From: Flavobacteriales bacterium
GTDB taxonomy: Bacteria; Bacteroidota; Bacteroidia; Flavobacteriales_C; GCA-002722245
NCBI GenBank assembly: GCA_038154685.1
Contig: JAYPYW010000004.1
Span: 32,473 to 96,472 of the forward strand
Length of the DNA stretch: 64,000 nt
Direction: 5' to 3'
Shown: piece by piece, positions 58,923 to 64,000 of the stretch
Layout of the letters: each line of letters begins with the position of its first letter
Numbering within the stretch: the stretch's first letter is position 1
Notes under the pieces: model-generated
Databases searched by the model: none
What the model was told of the DNA's origin: nothing
Seen by the model: the letters and a program-made list of their open reading frames with translations, nothing else
Program-made: the position numbers and the translations under genes

Positions 58923-60074
58923 ATGCAGGAGATTTATAACAAAATATATGGTGACAAAGTCATCTGGGGCGTTATCATTTCTCTTGCCTTACTTTCGATT
59001 CCTATTGTTTATGTAGGAACGGAACAATTAGCGTTACTGCGGGGAGGTAACTTCTTTTATTTCGTGATTAAACACGCAATAATTTTGTTAAGTGCCTTTG
59101 TCATTGCTTACCAAGTTTCAAAAATTAAACATGGTTACCTGTCGCGGCTCTCGCTAATTTTAATGGTAGTCACCATACCATTGCTACTCTACACAATGCT
59201 CGCAGGACATAGTGTTGATTCAGCAGAAAGGTGGATCAAAATTCCCGTCATTGGTTTAAGTTTCCAAACCTCTGATTTCGCAAAAATTTCATTAACTATT
59301 TATTTAGCCAGAGTCCTCAGCAGAAAGCAAGGGGACTTAGATGATTTTAAAGAGGTAGTAAAACACTTGTTTTTGCCTGTTGTTTTAACTTGCGCTTTAA
59401 TCATCAAATCTGATTTCTCAACAGCTGCCCTTATCATGGGAGGTTGTTTTATCATGATGTTTTTTGGAGGGGTAAAGTTATCTCACTTCGGTATCATTTT
59501 ACTCGCCATTATTGGTTTATTTACAATTATGGTTTTGGTCTTTCCAGATAACTTACAAAGACTACAAACTTGGATTAACAGACTAACCGCTTTTACTGCT
59601 GAAAATGCTGATGCAGGAAGTGGGAATTATCAAAAGAATTTAGCTCAGGCATCTATTTATGATGGAGGAGCTGTTGGTTTATGGTTTGATATCTTACCTG
59701 GTAAATACGGTCAGCCACCACAAGCTGCTTCCGATTTTATTTACGCAACTATTTTAAGGAATTACGGATTGATTGGTGGTGTTTTCACCATTTTCATGTA
59801 CCTCATATTATTCTTCCGAAGCATTAAAATTGCAAGGAAGTGCAATAAATTATTTTCAGTTCTATTGGTAATTGGATTGTCATCAGGACTAGTTCTCCAA
59901 GCCTTTAGTAACATGGCTGTAGCCGTTGGGATATTCCCAGTAACTGGTCAGCCCCTTCCCATGGTAAGTATGGGAGGAACATCGCTGTGGTTCACAGCAA
60001 TTTCAATTGGAATCATACTTAGTATAAGTAGAGAAATAAGTAGCAATTCTCCTACAGATGAAGAAATCGCCTAG
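58923..60074 (+). CDS. ftsW: peptidoglycan glycosyltransferase FtsW (SEDS family)
   Basis: 10-TM SEDS protein in the ftsW slot (…SDFIYATILRNYGLIGG…). Confidence 0.85.
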   Translation: MQEIYNKIYGDKVIWGVIISLALLSIPIVYVGTEQLALLRGGNFFYFVIKHAIILLSAFVIAYQVSKIKHGYLSRLSLILMVVTIPLLLYTMLAGHSVDSAERWIKIPVIGLSFQTSDFAKISLTIYLARVLSRKQGDLDDFKEVVKHLFLPVVLTCALIIKSDFSTAALIMGGCFIMMFFGGVKLSHFGIILLAIIGLFTIMVLVFPDNLQRLQTWINRLTAFTAENADAGSGNYQKNLAQASIYDGGAVGLWFDILPGKYGQPPQAASDFIYATILRNYGLIGGVFTIFMYLILFFRSIKIARKCNKLFSVLLVIGLSSGLVLQAFSNMAVAVGIFPVTGQPLPMVSMGGTSLWFTAISIGIILSISREISSNSPTDEEIA

Positions 60075-61167
60075 AGTAATAGTAAGCGGTGGAGGAACTG
60101 GAGGTCATATTTTTCCAGCGGTTGCCATTGCTAATGCTATTAAATTAAAATATCCTGATACGGATATCCTTTTTGTTGGTGCAAAAGGGAAAATGGAAAT
60201 GGAAAAGGTGCCTAAAGCAGGTTATCCTATCGAAGGTTTATGGATTAGTGGAATCCAAAGAAAATTAATCTTAGCCAACCTTTCGTTCCCATTTAAATTA
60301 ATATCGAGTTTATGGAATGCTCGAAAGATTATAAAAAGATTCAAACCTGATATTTGTATTGGTGTTGGAGGATTTGCCAGTGGTCCTTTGTTAAAGGCTG
60401 CTACTTGGGCTAAAGTGCCAACATTAATTCACGAATCAAACTCATACCCTGGAATTACTAATAAGCTTTTAGGCAAGAATGTAAACACTGTTTGTGTGGC
60501 GTTCCAAGGAATGCAAAAGTTCTTTCCAACAGCTAAGAATTTAGTGATTACAGGAAACCCGGTCCGACAAGAAATTTTAAAGCTCGAAGGTAAAAAAGCA
60601 CGTGCTTTAGAGAAATTCGGATTAGCGGGAGATAAACCAATTGTACTTTCCATTGGAGGTAGTCAGGGTGCCAGAAGCATTAACCATGCATTGGATGCCG
60701 ACTTAGAAAAGTTTGTTGAAAAAGGTTATCAGCTACTTTGGCAAACAGGGAAGTTTTACAAAACCGAATCTCAAGGAAGAGTTAAATCTATCGGTTCCAA
60801 TTTACTGCACGCACACGAATTCATTTATGAAATGGATTTAGCTTATGCAGCAGCAGATGTTGTGATTTCACGTTCAGGAGCAATGTCGGTTACCGAGTTA
60901 AGTTTGGTTGGTAAACCATGTGTGTTAGTACCATTCCCATTCGCGGCAGAAGATCATCAAACTGCCAACGCAATGGCCTTGGTAAATAACAATGCAGGAA
61001 TCTTGGTTAAAGATTCGGAAGTGAGAGAAAAGTTATTTAATGAAGTTGATGCTTTACTTTCTGATGAGATAAAAAGAGAAGCTTTAAGACGAAATATCGA
61101 GAAGCTAAAAATTGAAAACGCCGCCGATAAAATTATGGTGGAGGTTGAAAAATTATTACAAAAGTGA
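60058..61167 (+). CDS. murG: undecaprenyldiphospho-muramoylpentapeptide beta-N-acetylglucosaminyltransferase
   Basis: VIVSGGGTGGHIFPAVAIA N-terminus and GT-B fold length. Confidence 0.9.
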   Translation: MKKSPRVIVSGGGTGGHIFPAVAIANAIKLKYPDTDILFVGAKGKMEMEKVPKAGYPIEGLWISGIQRKLILANLSFPFKLISSLWNARKIIKRFKPDICIGVGGFASGPLLKAATWAKVPTLIHESNSYPGITNKLLGKNVNTVCVAFQGMQKFFPTAKNLVITGNPVRQEILKLEGKKARALEKFGLAGDKPIVLSIGGSQGARSINHALDADLEKFVEKGYQLLWQTGKFYKTESQGRVKSIGSNLLHAHEFIYEMDLAYAAADVVISRSGAMSVTELSLVGKPCVLVPFPFAAEDHQTANAMALVNNNAGILVKDSEVREKLFNEVDALLSDEIKREALRRNIEKLKIENAADKIMVEVEKLLQK

Positions 61168-62525
61168 CCCAAAAGGAAAACATATATTTCATAGGAGTTG
61201 GTGGTATTGGAATGAGTGCCTTAGCTCGTTATTTTGTGGCGCAAGGAAAACGTGTTGGAGGGTATGATAAAACCGAAACTACTTTAACTAAAAAGTTAGT
61301 GGAGGAAGGCGTTGAAATTCATTACGAAGATGATTTAAGCTTGGTTGATGATTCGTTTAAAGACAAGGAAAACACTTTGGTAATTATAACACCAGCCATT
61401 CCTAAAAACCATTCTGAATGGAACTACTTCCAAAGTGAAGGTTTTGAGTTGTTAAAGCGTTCGCAAGTTTTAGGTAGAATCACCGAAGCTAACAGAAGTG
61501 TTGGAGTAGCAGGAACCCATGGGAAAACAACAATTTCCAGTATGGTTTCGCACATTTTTAAATACTGTAAAGTTCCGTTTACAGCGTTTCTTGGAGGGAT
61601 TTCTAAAGATTTAGGGAGTAACTATTACCATGATTCAAATAGTGAGATAACTGTAATTGAGGCCGATGAATATGATCGTTCGTTTTTGCAGTTAAAGCCT
61701 TCAATAGCAACGGTTTCTGCGATTGATCCAGATCATTTGGACATCTATGGAACAAAGGAAGAAATGCAAAAAACCTTCAAGCAATTTTTGTCGGAAAACC
61801 TTATTGAAGGAGGTGTTGGAATCGTGCACAGTTCTTTAACGGATGTACTTGGGAACAACTATAAAACTTACTCAATAGAGGACGCTTCAGCTGATTATCA
61901 TGCCGCAAATTTCCGAGTTGAAAATGCTGAGTTTTTAGCCGATTTTAAATGGGCAGGAGGAGAGTTAAAAGACGTGAAAATCGGTTTGCCTGGAATCCAC
62001 AATATGGAGAATGCTTTAGTAGCATTTGGAGTTGGAATTGAGAAAGGAATCGATCCTCAATTATTAAAAGAAGCCATTGCTAATTATTCAGGAGTTGATC
62101 GAAGATTCGACGTGCAAATCAAGTCAGATAAACTGGTTTATATCGACGATTATGCACATCATCCGGAAGAGATAACAAAGTTGATTAAATCGGTAAGAAA
62201 AATGTACCCAGAACGTAAAGTTTTAGGGATATTTCAACCTCATTTATTTAGCCGAACTCAGGATTTTGCAGATGGCTTTGCACGAAGTTTAGAGTTGTTG
62301 GATGAGCTATTGCTTTTAGACATATATCCAGCGAGAGAATTGCCTATTCCTGGGGTGGATTCTCAGATGCTTTTAGACTTAATTAACATGAATTCAAAAA
62401 CGCTTTGTTCAAAAAAAGAGCTTACCTCCCTTATAAGTGCATCGGATTGTGACGTAGTTTTAACAATAGGTGCGGGCGATATTGGAGCAGAGGTTGAGAA
62501 TATAAAAAAGTTCTTGTTAAACTAA
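61164..62525 (+). CDS. murC: UDP-N-acetylmuramate–L-alanine ligase
   Basis: IYFIGVGGIGMSALA and GVAGTHGKTTIS P-loop. Confidence 0.9.
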   Translation: MTQKENIYFIGVGGIGMSALARYFVAQGKRVGGYDKTETTLTKKLVEEGVEIHYEDDLSLVDDSFKDKENTLVIITPAIPKNHSEWNYFQSEGFELLKRSQVLGRITEANRSVGVAGTHGKTTISSMVSHIFKYCKVPFTAFLGGISKDLGSNYYHDSNSEITVIEADEYDRSFLQLKPSIATVSAIDPDHLDIYGTKEEMQKTFKQFLSENLIEGGVGIVHSSLTDVLGNNYKTYSIEDASADYHAANFRVENAEFLADFKWAGGELKDVKIGLPGIHNMENALVAFGVGIEKGIDPQLLKEAIANYSGVDRRFDVQIKSDKLVYIDDYAHHPEEITKLIKSVRKMYPERKVLGIFQPHLFSRTQDFADGFARSLELLDELLLLDIYPARELPIPGVDSQMLLDLINMNSKTLCSKKELTSLISASDCDVVLTIGAGDIGAEVENIKKFLLN

Positions 62526-62544
62526 AGGAAAACAGAAGGTTAGC

Positions 62545-63321
62545 GTGAAGAAAGGACTGAAGGATATAGTTGGGTTTTTACTGTTTGTTGGCTTTTTTGT
62601 TTTGGTATCGTTTGCTAAAAACGAACAAGAAAAAAAATTAGTGAAGAAAGTTGATGTGTCAATCAACGCCACGAAAGGGGACCCTTTCATGGACGAGGAT
62701 GATGTAATCAACTTAGTGTATTCACGACAAGATACCTTAGTGGGAAAACCGCTAGGGAATTTGCATTTAAACGAGGTTGAAAACTTGCTTAGGAAAGAAA
62801 GCTCAGTTAAAAATGCAGAAGCATATGTTAAGCATAATGGAGACGTTCATTTACAAGTTGAGCTTAAAAAAGTAATCGCAAGAATTAAGCCTGACTCTAC
62901 GTCGGGATTTTATGTTGATGAAGACGGAGGTACAATGCCATGGTTAACTAAATACTCACCAAGAGTTTTAACAGTTACAGGGCATTTAGCAAACTATAAT
63001 CGTTACCTAAAAGATACTCTTGTACAAGTAGATTTATCTACTCATTCAAAGTTGGTAAAGGATGTTTATGAGTTTGCTCAATATGTGAACAAGGATTCGT
63101 TCTGGCGTTCCCAAATTGGTCAGGTTTACATCAATAAAAAAGGAGATGCTATCCTCATTCCATTAATCGGAAATGAGGAATTTGTGTTTGGAGAGTTAAC
63201 CGATTACAAAAAGAAGCTTGGAAAAATTAAAAGGTATTATAACGAGATTGCTCCAAAAATGGGGTGGGACAAATACCAGGAAGTGAACGTGAAGTTTGAA
63301 AAGCAAATAGTTTGCAAATAA
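62545..63321 (+). CDS. ftsQ: cell division protein FtsQ (POTRA domain)
   Basis: N-terminal TM anchor, POTRA-like region and position between murC and ftsA. GTG start. Confidence 0.7.
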   Translation: MKKGLKDIVGFLLFVGFFVLVSFAKNEQEKKLVKKVDVSINATKGDPFMDEDDVINLVYSRQDTLVGKPLGNLHLNEVENLLRKESSVKNAEAYVKHNGDVHLQVELKKVIARIKPDSTSGFYVDEDGGTMPWLTKYSPRVLTVTGHLANYNRYLKDTLVQVDLSTHSKLVKDVYEFAQYVNKDSFWRSQIGQVYINKKGDAILIPLIGNEEFVFGELTDYKKKLGKIKRYYNEIAPKMGWDKYQEVNVKFEKQIVCK

Positions 63322-63331
63322 AGAGTTAAGA

Positions 63332-64000
63332 ATGAGTACGTCAGATATAGTTGTTGGATTAGATATAGGTACAACCAAAATTGTGTGTATGGTTGGTCGC
63401 CGAAACGAGTTTGGGAAAATCGAAATTCTTGGAATGGGTAAATCCGAGTCGGTTGGAGTAACTCGTGGAGTAGTATCTAACATCGACAAAACAGTTGATA
63501 GCATTAAAACAGCAGTTGCCGAGGCAGAAGCGCAATCGGGAGTTGATATCCGAGTGGTGAATGTTGGAATTGCTGGTCAGCACATCAAAAGTTTACAACA
63601 CCGCGGAGAAAGAATTCGTCACTCGTACGAGGATGAAATCGGACAAGTGGATGTTGATGGATTAATTGACGACATGTACAAACTGGTAACTTTACCAGGT
63701 GAAGAAATTATTCACGTACTTCCACAAGAATATATCGTAGATAACGAGCAAGGAATTAAAGATCCAATTGGGATGGCAGGTGTTAGGTTAGAAGCTAACT
63801 TCCACATCATTACTGGACAAGTAACTGCAGCCAAAAACATTTACAAATGTGTTGAGAAAGCTGGGCTTCAAGTCGCTGATTTGATTTTAGAACCATTAGC
63901 CTCTTCGGAAGCTGTCTTAAGCGATGAGGAAAAAGAAGCAGGTATTGCTTTAATCGATATAGGAGGTGGGACAACGGACATTGCAATTTTCCAAGATCAA
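63332..64000 (+). CDS. ftsA: cell division protein FtsA (actin-like ATPase); 3' end beyond the window
   Basis: My translation from the ATG at 63332 gives MSTSDIVVGLDIGTTKIVCMVGRRNEFGKIEILGMGKSESVGVTRGVVSNIDKTVDSIKTAVAEAE…LIDIGGGTTDIAIF. Not in the ORF track because it is incomplete. Confidence 0.9.
   Translation, partial: MSTSDIVVGLDIGTTKIVCMVGRRNEFGKIEILGMGKSESVGVTRGVVSNIDKTVDSIKTAVAEAEAQSGVDIRVVNVGIAGQHIKSLQHRGERIRHSYEDEIGQVDVDGLIDDMYKLVTLPGEEIIHVLPQEYIVDNEQGIKDPIGMAGVRLEANFHIITGQVTAAKNIYKCVEKAGLQVADLILEPLASSEAVLSDEEKEAGIALIDIGGGTTDIAIFQDQ

Overview
This window is low-GC chromosomal DNA from a gliding Bacteroidetes, probably Flavobacteriia. That assignment rests on GldA/GldB/GldC/GldM-like genes, Bacteroidetes-type TAnnTTTG promoter motifs, and HTTM/imelysin/DUF4856/TonB-receptor neighbours. 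The region is dense housekeeping sequence: hemC–hemD, radA, panD, tRNA-Cys, a Mrp/NifU/korAB Fe-S block, rfbA, dnaG, nadE, aroQ, dtd, rsgA, metK, mfd and engB. The last 14 kb holds a complete dcw cell-wall/division cluster, mraZ–rsmH–ftsL–ftsI–murE–mraY–murD–ftsW–murG–murC–ftsQ–ftsA, with ftsA truncated at the window end. Nine things deserve a second look. (1) An extra 182-aa ORF inside the dcw cluster is an ancient standalone paralogue of the MurD C-terminal domain, followed by a 43-aa TM micro-ORF before ftsW. (2) A CheY-like receiver, an Hpt protein and an orphan GldM/PorM-like protein sit in one apparent operon with no gldK/L/N nearby. (3) A 145-bp intergenic element has a perfect 22-bp inverted repeat enclosing three tandem 7-bp hairpins. 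(4) An ~80-bp palindromic repeat is present in two diverged copies. (5) hemD has no identifiable start codon and its frame abuts hemC across an A9 homopolymer. (6) Canonical MraZ direct-repeat boxes (GTGGTA at 10-bp period) lie upstream of mraZ. (7) The HTTM/imelysin/DUF4856/TonB-receptor cluster is paired divergently with a radical SAM/SPASM gene across a palindrome-bearing intergenic region. (8) The gliding genes gldB–gldC and a gldA-like ABC ATPase lie in this window. (9) Two further intergenic inverted-repeat structures are of uncertain function. No CRISPR array, rRNA or obvious mobile element is present.
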